A stretch of DNA of 61,579 nt, the filler included. It is 9 parts of 9 records of this genome, joined end to end, with 100 filler letters (N's around TTAATTAATTAA, not from the genome) between each part and the next. Parts side by side here need not be neighbours in the genome. Positions count along the whole stretch, not along the records: positions 1 to 4,254 come from SRR7504441_357; positions 4,355 to 17,175 come from SRR7504441_359; 7 more parts are not named here. One strand, given 5' to 3'. The notes below the pieces were generated by a model that had not been told where the DNA came from, made no database searches, and saw only the letters and a program-made list of their open reading frames with translations. Shown in pieces: positions 1-10,476 of this stretch. The position numbers were made by a program, and so were the translations under genes. Numbering within the stretch: the stretch's first letter is position 1; every line of letters begins with the position of its first letter.

Positions 1-312
1 GGACAGTTCTAATTAAAAAATTAATTTTGACAAACGATTAAATATTAATGAATTCGTCGCCGACTTCAAATCCTTTATTGTTTGCTTGTTGAAGATACAC
101 GATATGTCGCGTTGGTCACTCTCCCAGCACGCTCCACGAGGCTCATCATGGCTTAGCATAGAGCTATAATTGAGGCCACTTCACTATCAGAACTCAATAA
201 TTGGTTAACCAACCGATTGGCATGACTGTCCACAACCCAATAACTGCGTACCAACTTCCCACCATCATGCAATCTCGGTTTGAAGGCAAAAGACCAAGTG
301 CTCAAAGTATAG

Positions 313-3300
313 CTATAAAAACAGATCTAGTTCGGGCCTCTGGTAAGTGTTGGTGTCGTCATCTTCAATCCTTGGATAGCATGAAGTCAACGCATCCTGG
401 CTTCCGATGTAGAGATTATTATAGATCTTCCAGTAAACTTCCCGCACTTTGCGAGCAGGGTGAAACAGGCCTTGCAGCGTGTATTGGAGCACTCGCGCTG
501 GACCGATAGAGACACGGAACCCCTCAATCGCCTCCATCACAGCATTAATCACATGCGGAGATGTTTCAAATATGTTGGGCCATACAAAGTTCATCAAATG
601 CTGCAAAGCATCCTCACAGCTTAGTCCGGCAACACCAAGTGCCAAGTGCTTCACGGCAGAAGCTGCAGTCTGCCTGTGTACTAGATCACGATCCATCAAA
701 GCGTCCTCCAATAGAGGAGTGATGGCATAAATGTAGTCCTTGCCCATCTCACCAATATACTCAAACAAGAAGGACAGCGCCTTGAGCACGCCATTCTGCA
801 CATTCAGCTCTGGCACTCGATACTCGTTCATTAGCCCTGGCAGGACTGTGAATGGTGAGCAGGTCTCTGCAACAATTGCAATCGCGACTGTCGTACACAC
901 ACGGTTCTGCCGCTCCTGGACCTTGAGATTGTTAAGCAGAGTGGCCAGCACATCTTGAGGGCCGATTGCCTTGGCAATGTAACCAAACGTGTTGACTGTT
1001 GCCCGGCGAATGGCCTTCTTGTGAGCCTTGAGCATCTCAAGCAGCTCGAAACAGATTCGCATCCACTCTCGAGCCGATACAAACTCGGCCCCACGATCAG
1101 CAATCCGACCAACAAGATCAATACAGTTCTCTTGGACCTTCTCATGCCTATTCTTAAGAATCGGGGTCAGGCGAGGCAGAAGGTCTTTGATGGGTGGAGT
1201 CATCTTGGTCATACCAATACAGTTGACAATGCCCTTCAGGCCACCAAGGATTGAGCCAAGCACCTCTGGATACTCTTCACCCAGATACTCATAGAGCACA
1301 ACACCCAAGTGCGCCATCAGCTGTTCTTCGTTGCATGCCTTCATAACAATCGCAATACGAGCAATCAGATCAGCAGCCTGCTGCCGAACTTTAGCCGATT
1401 TGTTGTTCAGGCGCCACTTGATAGTACCACAGATCTGTGGCAAGTATGGCTTGGCACGTTCTCCAAGTGAGTTCACAACTACTCCAAAGCCATTCAAAAT
1501 CACCATGCTGTCATCTCCGCTTTGCTCTTGGAAGCAATACAGGATTCCATCAATCAGTCTCTCCTCCATCCTTGAGTCGATATCAGACGCTCCAAGATTG
1601 GTGATCACCTTCTCAAGTGTCTCCATAACCATCTTGCGATACGGCTCACTCTCGTCTTTTAGATCCTCGATGATGCGGTTGGCTATTTCGGACACCCCCA
1701 CCTTGTTGGCTAGTTCAACGGTGGTCTGGACCAGCTGTTGATAATTGCGCCTATCTAGTGCCATCCTGCGCACCCAGAAACAACGGAAAAACTCTGGCAG
1801 AATCTCATTCCGTACGTAATCAGCAGTGACGCCCTCAGTAGCTACACACTGCTTGACCACTTTCAGCACAATCTTCTTCATCTCCTCGTCCGCAGTTTGA
1901 AACTCACGGATTAAGACAAGCATCACCTCCCTTGTATAATAGTTTGCATACTCGGCGTCCATGAGAGGGATGATGTAGCCAATGGCCTTGAGGAAAGCAG
2001 CAAGCCCCTTACCACGGTGCTGACAAATACCCTTCCAAAGTGGCTTGAGCACAGTGTCAAAAGACTCAATGCCATATGGAGTGGCTGCCTCAGCCATTGC
2101 TGCAATGCCCAGCGCAGTGATTGTGCGTACTTTCTGGTTCTCGTCGACCAGACCAGCAGCAGTAATGTCGACTAGTTGCTTGAGGTGTGGCAAAATAGCA
2201 CAACCCATCAAAATAGAAATCTGCTGCACAATTTTGATGCCTGTGTGACGGGCTTGCCAAGATTTCTTACTCTGACAGACAGCCTTGAGGAAAGGAAGCA
2301 ATGCGGGGATCCCAAGAGCAGATGCCACAACTGAGAAAGCTCTTGCTGTGGTGTTTCGCACATACTCGTCAATGTTATCAATATCTGGTCTCATGGTTGC
2401 AATCATAGTCGCTAACCCTGCAGCTTTCGCCAGATTTGATATGATTTCACGCCCCTCAACACGAGCATAGTAGTCCTCGTCGATGAGCAACGGTTCAATC
2501 ACGACAAGGATCTTGTGCACATATGGCCTCACAAGGTCGTCCAGCTTGTAAAGCACTCGGTCAATCACCTTGACCAAAAGATGACGCTCCTGATCCTCCA
2601 GTGTGGGAGACATCAACAGTGGAAGAATCTGATTGAATAGAGGACCCGCCCCAAACTCGCGGGCCTTATCGGTGAGCTGGCGTAGAGCCTGCTTCCGCTG
2701 GGGCGGCGTGCCATTCTTGACTTTGAGCAGCAGCTTCATAATCTTCCGGTCTCGCATCTCCTCGTTGCTCAGATCGTCCTCGTTCACTTCTGTGAGCAGA
2801 GCACCGAAGTACTGAGTATCTTCTGGTTTGACGAAGGGCAGGTTGCCCTCTGGCGTTTGTGGCACCCCAAACTCCTCACGGTTAGTTTCTGACGAGGGTA
2901 TTTGGTAGCCGGACTGTCCCATGGGAGTCGGTGTGGCCATCAGCTTGCGAGCGGGAGTTCGAATGGGCATGTATCCACCGGGTGGCTCCATAATCTTGTA
3001 GCCCGACGACGGAAACATCGCATCCAGCTCTTCATCTGATAGAGGTCGATTCCTCTCCTCAATCTCACGCTCCCAGCGCAGTGACTGTTGTTGCTCAGGA
3101 GTCAGGTTTACATTCGCCTGCTGCTGTGCCATCATGCTTGCTGCTGACGGTGTGCCCATCTGAAAATCGACAGTTGGCGTTGCCCCGGCAAGGGCAGATG
3201 GTGTGGCTGCAGCCTGTGCGGGGGTTTCGTCCCATTTCGACCGGCCCATTCTGCTTCGCGGCCTTGCCGCTGGCGTGTCGCCTCCCATGGCCTTCGGTGT

Positions 3301-4215
3301 CTGGTCCCATGATGACCTACCGGGAGTGGCATCACCCATCCCTGACCGACCTGGTGTCGGTGTCTCGTCCCAACGATTCCGGCCACGTCCAGGAGTCACG
3401 CCGCCTGGCGTTTCACCTCCCGGTGTCGCTCCTCCTGGGGTCACACCACCCGGCGTGATCCCCCCCGGTGTGATCCCCCCCGGCGTGATTCCCCCTGGCG
3501 TGATTCCCCCCGGTGTAATCCCCCCTGGCGTGATCCCCCCTGGTGTAATCCCCCCCGGAGTTGCCCCTCCTGGGGTCACTCCCCCTGGTGTGAAGCCTCC
3601 GGGAGTGAAGTCTCCCCGCCCTGGGGTCGGCGTGTCCCATCGGCTGCCTGCACCAGGCGCAGGGGTTTCGACATCCCACTCACTCTTCCGCTTCTTCGGA
3701 GCGTCCCCACCAACGTCCCACCTGCGACGCTTCTTCTCTGGCTTCAAGTCGAGTGGAACTCCGGACTTCTCCGCCTCCTCGACCTTTTTCGCGATTTTGT
3801 CCATCACCTCTTTCTCCTCGCGACGCAGGTTCTGCTCCTCCATGATCTCCTTGTAGCTTCGGGCGCCCTGCCCCCCGCGAATCATCCCCTTGATCCAGCG
3901 CGTGGGGAGCCGGCACCTGGGGCCCCTTGCCTCCAAACGCATCCCCGCGTTCGGGCGAGAGCTGCAGATTCTGCTGCTGCTTTTGATAATCGCTCTGCCG
4001 GTCTGCGATCGTCTCGCGCCTGTGCTCTGCCAGCGGCTGCCACCGAGCACGGTCAGAGAGCAGCGCGAGGGCCGTGGGAGGCAGCATGCACGTCATTGTC
4101 GTCGTTGCCTTCCGGAATGTCCTCGAGCAGGTGCTTCGGGGCTGTGTAGCTTGCCAGTTTCTTCTGCTGACCCCCTTCCGCTGGGTCTTCGCCAGCGGCG
4201 ATCGACACGTCGTAT
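313..4215 (-). CDS. SF3B1: Splicing factor 3B subunit 1 (U2 snRNP SF3b155), 5' end cut by contig edge
   Basis: RWDETP ULM motifs, [11 protein letters not shown], highly conserved HEAT region ([48 protein letters not shown]), ending ELDLFL-stop. GT-AG introns at 3868-3916 (49 nt) and 4037-4091 (55 nt) restore the N-terminal [23 protein letters not shown] segment. Confidence 0.98.
3391..3615 (-). repeat. Coding 15-nt tandem repeat, 15 units encoding G-G/D-x-T-P in the SF3B1 N-terminus
   Basis: [20 protein letters not shown] (GGITP)x7 [20 protein letters not shown] read directly. Confidence 0.95.
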
Positions 4216-4254
4216 CTGCAGCAAGCCAGCAGCTCAGCTCGGGTTCGCCGCGAC

Positions 4255-4354
4255 NNNNNNNNNNNNNNNNNNNNNNNNNNNNNNNNNNNNNNNNNNNNTT
4301 AATTAATTAANNNNNNNNNNNNNNNNNNNNNNNNNNNNNNNNNNNNNNNNNNNN
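4255..4354. other. Artificial contig linker N44-TTAATTAATTAA-N44
   Basis: Identical 100-nt spacer with stops in all six frames, present eight times. Confidence 0.99.
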
Positions 4355-5452
4355 AGGTGTGGAGGCACAGGGCCAGGCAGTGGCAGAATCGTCAGGAGGG
4401 GCTGGCGCTCGGCCAGCGGGTGGGCTCGCGGCTGGAGGAGCTGCGGGGAGTCAGGGCCGAACACAGAGCCCAGCAGGAGGAGTGGCTAGGGGCAAAGGCA
4501 GAGATGCAAGACAAGCTGCGCTCGATGGACCAAATGCTGGCCGAGTGGCAGCTAGACCGGCCGAGCCAGGAGCAGCAGGAGCAGAACAGCTGCCGGCTGC
4601 TCGAGCTGGAGGCGCTCAGGATGCTGATCTGTGTGAGAGATAGCAAAGCGAGGCAGTCTGAGCCGGAGATGCTAGAGGCTCTGGAGGACCTGATACAGCT
4701 GGCCGATCCACCCAAGGCAGTCAAGAGCATGATCCAGCTGCTCAGGAGATGGAATGCCGAGTATGCGGATGCGCCAACACCGGAGCACAACTCGGCTGAG
4801 CTTACAAAGGCCAATGCTGCGGAGCTGGAGGCTGCTGTGAGTGAACGGGAAGCCAGGCTTGCGGATCTGGACCACCAGATGGAGCTTCAGCAGCAGGCCG
4901 CCCAGCAAGAGCTGCGGGACGCACACTCTGAAAAGCAGGCAGCCCAGCAAGAGCTGTTGGCCGCACACTCTGAAAAGCAGGCAGCCCAGGCGCAGCAACA
5001 GGCAGCCCAAGCGGAGCTGCGAGCAGCCCAGGCAGCCGAACAGAGGCGCGCGCAAGAGAATGCCAAGCTGGAGCAGCGGCTGAGCCAGCTTGCAGCGGGG
5101 GTCGATCTACAGGCCAACGCGGATGTGGAATCGATGGTTGCACGGCTGTCCCAGGCTCACCAGGCGACTCCTGAGAGCCAGTCACTGTTACTTACTCAGT
5201 GTGCCAGGGACTCAATCTCAAGCTGGAGAGCTGTCAAGCGGAACGAGACCAGCTTCGGTGCCAGGTGTGCCGCCTGGCCGTCAGCGGCGGCTGAACGGCC
5301 CGGTGCAGCTCGAGGAGCTAAGACGGCGTTACGAGTCGCACTTGCTTTGCAGAACAACCAAGATCGGGTTTCCTCGGCCAGGCCTGATCGTGACGCCCGA
5401 GATCTTGCCACTCGGTCCTAGCCACGCATCCGCGCGCACTCATACTCATTAA
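4355..5452 (+). CDS. Hypothetical coiled-coil protein, 5' truncated
   Basis: Q/E/A/L-rich heptads with a 42-nt duplication (QAAQQELxxAHSEK). Introns 5164-5207 (GC-AG) and 5265-5308 (GT-AG) give HQ-GLNLKLESCQAERDQLRCQ-LEELRRRYE. Confidence 0.65.
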
Positions 5453-5770
5453 AACGACTACGTAGCTTGATCCCTACTAGAGTACCGGTAACTGCGTACT
5501 CGTACGTAGACGGACACGACATGATACGTACTGGTACTCGTACGAGTACGTACGCACTCGACTACGTACGTAGCTTGTTCCTTAAGCTTACTATTGCGTA
5601 TCTGTAACCGTAACCGTAGCTTAATTATTAGATTTCTGCTTAATCAGGTTGGCTGAGGTTGGCCGCCAATTCCCGATACTCTTTCCTTACTGGTGTAATA
5701 AACCTAAGAACGGCGTTAATCTAACTATGAGTGGCTCTGAAAGTTGGGTGGAGGGCAGCCTGCTGCTCGC

Positions 5771-6349
5771 TCATTGGTCGGTCATCCACGCGAAGCTCGG
5801 ATGCAGCGGCCGGGTTAGCGCCTGATCGATCTTCCAGCGGCCGTACTGCTCAACGATCTTGGCCTCGTAGTCTCCCATCATCTGCACTCGCTGCCCGTCG
5901 GCTGCCCGCACCCACACCGCCTGGCTGCACCACCACATCCGTCCTTTACGGGGTGGCCCTGGACGGGAGGGTGTGAGAGGTGGTGCACTAACCTCGATCA
6001 CCCGGTTGGTGTAGTGGTGCACCCCCGCACTAAACTGGCTGTGGAACCCGTTGAAACCGGCGGCGATCTGCTCGAGCCCCTCGGACCGGGCTGGGTGCTC
6101 GCCCTCGAAGCTCCAGCAGCAGCCGGCGGTCAGGTACGGCTCGAGCTGCTCCGGGCTCAGTCCGTTATCCGGCTGGTTGATCGACCGGTCCACCATCCGC
6201 GCGAACGAGGACAGCATGTTGTTCAGCTCGGCGTAATCTGCCGCTGTCCCGGACGGCAGCATGTTGTTCAGCGGTCTGTCTGTCCCGGAGCTCAGCGGTC
6301 GCCGGCAGCTCGCCAGGGCCGGCCGAGCAGCCCGGACGGCTCTCATCAT
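5771..6349 (-). CDS. SnoaL/NTF2-like fold protein with possible mitochondrial presequence
   Basis: Arg/Ala/Ser-rich N-terminus (MMRAVRAARPALASCRRPLSS); SnoaL_4-like pattern ..GLEQI..HHYTNRVIEV..GDYEAKIVEQYGRWKI. Confidence 0.65.
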   Translation of the reverse strand: MMRAVRAARPALASCRRPLSSGTDRPLNNMLPSGTAADYAELNNMLSSFARMVDRSINQPDNGLSPEQLEPYLTAGCCWSFEGEHPARSEGLEQIAAGFNGFHSQFSAGVHHYTNRVIEVSAPPLTPSRPGPPRKGRMWWCSQAVWVRAADGQRVQMMGDYEAKIVEQYGRWKIDQALTRPLHPSFAWMTDQ

Positions 6350-6439
6350 CAGACGGTAGGGTGCAGATCAGACGGACGGATGCCGTTGAAGCGGCCGGTT
6401 GGGTGCCGTTTGGTGGTGGGCTGGAGGTGCGTGCCATCG

Positions 6440-7294
6440 ATGGCGTCTCCGAGGGTGCGAGAGGTGTTCAACGAGCACTGCGACAAGTTCTCGAGGCTCA
6501 ACCTGGCCCAGTTCGCCGCGGCCGCCGCCCATCTCGCCCCGCCCCCAGCCAGCCCGGCCAGCCCGGCGCCCCGATCGAGCTCGCCGACCCGTGAGCCCGG
6601 CATGCCGCACTCGCCGGTGTGGCCGGAGCTCAAGACCAACGGCAAGACCGCGATGGAGAAGCGCGAGCTGCAGCACATGGTCCGGAGCCTCAAAGCCAAG
6701 CTCGAGCCGCTCGAGAGGCGGCTCCCGCTGCTGGAGGCCGAGCTGGAGCAGCTGCAGGCCGACCGCGAGCGCGAGATAGACTGGTTCCACAAGATGCTAA
6801 AGCGGGACCGGCCGCGGGACCCGGCCTGCCTGCGGGAGGGCATGGAGCGGCAGCAGCAGGCGCTCGAGGCCGACAATCGGGCGCTGCGGCACGAGTGGCA
6901 GCACGAGCTAGAGTGGCTCGAGGCTCAGCTGGGCGCGGCCGGCGGGCAGGCGCACGGGCAGCTGCGGCGGCAGCTGGAGCAGAAGCTGGAGGGGCTAGTG
7001 GGCGAGATACAGCAGCTGCGGGCGGCCCAGGCGCAGGAGCGGAGCTGGCTGCAGAGCCAGGTGAGTGACCCAGCTGAGCAGAGCGTGAACAGGCTGCGCG
7101 ACCAGCTGGTGGAGGAGACGGCCGAGGAGCGCAGAAAGGCCAGCTGCGAGATCGAGCGGCTCCGGTGGGAACTGGCGCAGAAGGTGAACAAGCTAGAGGA
7201 GCAGCTCAGCGAGAAGAGCTTTGAGCTCGAGCTCGCCCTGCACAAGGCAGCCATGCCGAGCGGTTACGAGAACCGGTACTTTGCCTCAGACTGA
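6440..7294 (+). CDS. Hypothetical coiled-coil protein
   Basis: ATG at 6440; long E/Q/L/R heptad stretches; AT-rich sequence after the stop. Confidence 0.65.
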   Translation: MASPRVREVFNEHCDKFSRLNLAQFAAAAAHLAPPPASPASPAPRSSSPTREPGMPHSPVWPELKTNGKTAMEKRELQHMVRSLKAKLEPLERRLPLLEAELEQLQADREREIDWFHKMLKRDRPRDPACLREGMERQQQALEADNRALRHEWQHELEWLEAQLGAAGGQAHGQLRRQLEQKLEGLVGEIQQLRAAQAQERSWLQSQVSDPAEQSVNRLRDQLVEETAEERRKASCEIERLRWELAQKVNKLEEQLSEKSFELELALHKAAMPSGYENRYFASD

Positions 7295-7402
7295 CACCAT
7301 CGTACAAGTCTCATCATAATCTTATCATACTATATACTTAAAATCAATAGAACTTTGTATCAACGCCCAATTCAATCTCGAGATCGGTGCATGTTGTTGT
7401 TG

Positions 7403-8310
7403 TTAGGTATCCGGCCGGTCGCCGGCTACGAGTGGATCATCGAGCAGGAATTTCCCCAGCTTGCCCTGCCGGAATAGCCCTACAAAGTGCTTGGCCGCGG
7501 CCGGCTCGCTTGCTATGCCGTACCGCTTGCTCACCGCCGCCAGCACCAACTGTATGTCGTCCGAGGCCCGGCCTAGCCCGAGCTCGGCTGTGTACTGGGC
7601 GCCCGGCTGCTTGTTGAGCTGGAACAGAAGGTAGTCCGCCAGCAGCTCGGGCGGCACCGCAGCCTCGCGCACCGCACCCACCAGCGCCAGCCGCAGCCCG
7701 ACTAGCGAATCCTCTATCTTGGGCGCCAGCACGCCCGGCGTGTCGATCAGCACAGCCCCCTGCCCGCGCTTTGCGGCCAGCCTGAACCCGACCGCCGCCC
7801 TGGTGGTCCCCGGCCGGCCGGACACCACGGCCTTCCCCCCGGCCGGGCTCCCAGCCCGCAGCGCATTGATCAGCGAGGACTTGCCCGAGTTGGGCAGCCC
7901 GACCACCCGGACCTCCGGCAGCTCGGCCTTGAACCTGGGCCGGGCCTGGATCAGCCGATGGGCCGCCTGGAGCAGCTGTCTGAGCCCCGCCCGCCGCTTG
8001 ACCGAGGCGCAGACAGCCGGGCAGCCGAGCTGTCGGCTGAGCGCGGCCAGCTGGCCAGGCGGGGCCAGGTCAGCTTTGTTGAGCACCACCAGCCGCGGGG
8101 TGCCCAGCTGGTCGAACAGCCGGTTGGCGGCCGATACGGGCACTCGGGCGTCGCGCACCTCGAGCAGCAGTTGGGTCCGGGCCAACCGCTCGCGCATCAG
8201 CCGGGCGGCCTTGGCCATGTGTCCCGGGAACCTGCCCGCCCTCCCCCGGCCGCCCGCCCGCGGCCGCACCAGTTGACATGCCCCGCAAACTCGAACCGGG
8301 CACGACCCAT
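7403..8310 (-). CDS. MTG1: Circularly permuted ribosome-biogenesis GTPase, RbgA/YlqF/MTG1 family
   Basis: A 38-nt GT-AG intron (8232-8269) restores VNWFPGHMAKA; G4 NKAD precedes G1 GLPNSGKSS, G2 GTT and G3 DTPG; C-terminal FRQGKLGKFLLD. Confidence 0.9.
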
Positions 8311-8420
8311 CGCGGCTGCAGTTTTGCCGTTATAAGTACAGCTGACTATTTGGGCTTCCTTGCAGGAGTGGCGCTTGGTGGCGCTTGGTGCGCTTGGGGT
8401 GCCCGCGGCCGGCTGTCGGG

Positions 8421-9633
8421 ATGCCGGGCCCGATCATCGTGCTCTCGGCCCAGCAGGCGCAGGGGGCCGGCCGATCGCTCCACGCCGGGGATCACGCCTC
8501 TGAGAGCGTCCGGCTGGCTCAGGTCAAGCTGCGCAAGATGGAGCGCTGGCGGCGCAACCCGCGGCACCGGGCCGAGCGCTGGGCCCCGCTGCTGCCGGAG
8601 GAGGAGCACAGCGAGCCGAGCGAGTCGCTCACGCCTGTGCTCGAGCCCACAGGCCACTCGGACCTGACCACCGGACAGACCGGACAGACCTCCCGTCCGC
8701 CACTGGCCGCCCCGAAGTCAGACCCAGCGCCCCTGGGGCTGGTGCCCGAGGACAAGCCGCCGGTGGTCAAACCCGACGGCCCGGACGAAGAACCGGAGGC
8801 GGCGACCGGATGCGCCTACCTGTGCACGCAGGAAGGCCGGGATCATATAACCATCTTCTTTGAGGACCCCACCTCGTCGGAGGCAGCCTATTGGGTGTCA
8901 ATCGTGGTGCTAATCACAATCGTGGTGTCTGTGATAGCAATGTGCGTGGAGACGCTTCCGCAGCTGGAGCACTACCCCTGTTGCAAAGACACAGCATACA
9001 CGGTGTTTGGGGTGGTCGAAGTCATCTGCATTGCAATGGTCACCATTGTGGTTGGCATCATGGTCATGGCTCTGCCGATCAGTGTGATTGGCACCAACTT
9101 CTCTCAGGCTTGGGATGAGCGCAAGGAGGAAGAGCGGCGCGAGGCGCCACCACTCACCGCTGAGGAGGAGCAAGAGTCGATCTGCCAGTCGCTGCGGACG
9201 GTGAACAGTTCGCTGCAGGTCTTCAACGATGTCTGTCATCGTGAAATCACAAACTGCAGTGCGGTCTATGACGAACAGCTGCTGCCTTTGCTCAATAGGA
9301 TCTGGAAATCGTTCAAACGCCGAGCTTCTGTGCTTGCGACCGACCCCGATGAATTCCATAACGAGAAGCTGGTGCAGAGACACTTTCTCAAGTTGCTACG
9401 GCAGCGGTTGGTGTACAAAGAGGGGACAGATGCTATTGGCGGGGTGAGCGAGCTCGCCTGTGGCTCACTCAGCTTTATCTTGTCAGGTGTACAGTGATGA
9501 TCTCATGGAAGACTTTGAGCGAGCGGCTACTAATTTGAAATGGTCTCGAGATTGTATTGAGAAATCAGAGATGTTAAATAAGGATATAGAAGCAATGTGT
9601 GCCCTCTTGCAGGCATCTAAGCACACAAAATAA
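8421..9633 (+). CDS. Voltage-gated K+ channel-like protein lacking S3-S5 and the pore (internally deleted)
   Basis: Pre-S1 FEDPTSSEAAYW, S1 ending CVETLPQL, start of S2 (VEVICIA) joined directly to S6 (GIMVMALPISVIGTNF); no Arg-rich S4 and no GYG filter. Intron 9444-9486. Confidence 0.7.
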
Positions 9634-9823
9634 AGCACAATCAGATAGTAATCGCAGCAGTTCTTGACTTTACGAGGGTGACAATATGTCATTATTACCT
9701 AGATTCTCATGCCTGGCTAATGATTAATTAAAGCGCCCAGCTACTCGGTTGCTCCATTTAGTCGGCGGATCGCAAGGTCAATCGAGACTTTGGCGCGCTC
9801 GCCTGCTCAATACGACCTGCTGC

Positions 9824-10353
9824 TCAGTTGTGCGTGTCCTCGGAACGCATCTTGTTGGACATGACGATGTTGATCGTCTCCAGATTCTTCTGCTTCTCCG
9901 AGACCAGCCGTTGCAGCCCCTCGACGTTTCTGTGCACCATCTCCAGCTTGCGGTCGAAGAACTCGCCGGCCTCGCCCCGGGTCTTCCGCACGTAGTACCC
10001 GGTCCCGATGTCCACAAGCACCTTCTCGCAAGCCCCCAGTTTGCCCGGGCAGTAGAGCGACCCGGTCAGCGGCACCAGCATCGCCTTGCCTGCCGCCGGA
10101 TGGCGGGCCCCGGAGGGGGGGGAGGGGTACCGGCGTTGTCCGGGGTGATGGCCTCGAGCGACTCCTTGGACTCCTCGCACTTGCCGATCACTGACTTGAA
10201 GGTGGCCAAATTCATCTTAAACTGCTGCACCTCCTGCGGCCGGGTTGAGCGGCGGCGGCGGCCGGCACCAAGCACCTGCTCGAGCTGCTTCTTGACCTGC
10301 GCCAGCTGCTCCAGCGTCAGGTTCTGCGGCGCCACGCCCTCGGCCTCCGACAT
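9824..10353 (-). CDS. PFDN5: Prefoldin subunit 5 (alpha type)
   Basis: LTLEQLAQVKKQLEQ-EV, MLVPLTGSLYCPGKL, KVLVDIGTGYYV; GT-AG introns 10234-10275 and 10090-10130. The 3' end may extend by one further small exon. Confidence 0.93.
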
Positions 10354-10476
10354 TGCGCTCCTCTCCCCCCGTGCTGGCTCGGACAACCCTCTCGGATTCG
10401 TTCCGTTGCTGTGGAGCTCCGCCAATTTTGGTCCAGCACCAGCGGCCCTGCCGGGGTGCGGAGGTGGAGGGTTAGG

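Noticed and set aside
1990-2380. SF3B1 cancer-hotspot substitutions explaining the unusual splicing
   Set aside because: Residues equivalent to E622, R625, H662, K666, K700 and G742 appear unchanged (DEYVRN, RHTGIK, QKVRT, HRGKG).
3203-3856. Plus-strand ORF with (PPGVI)n, collagen- or elastin-like
   Set aside because: It is the antisense shadow of the SF3B1 GGITP repeat.
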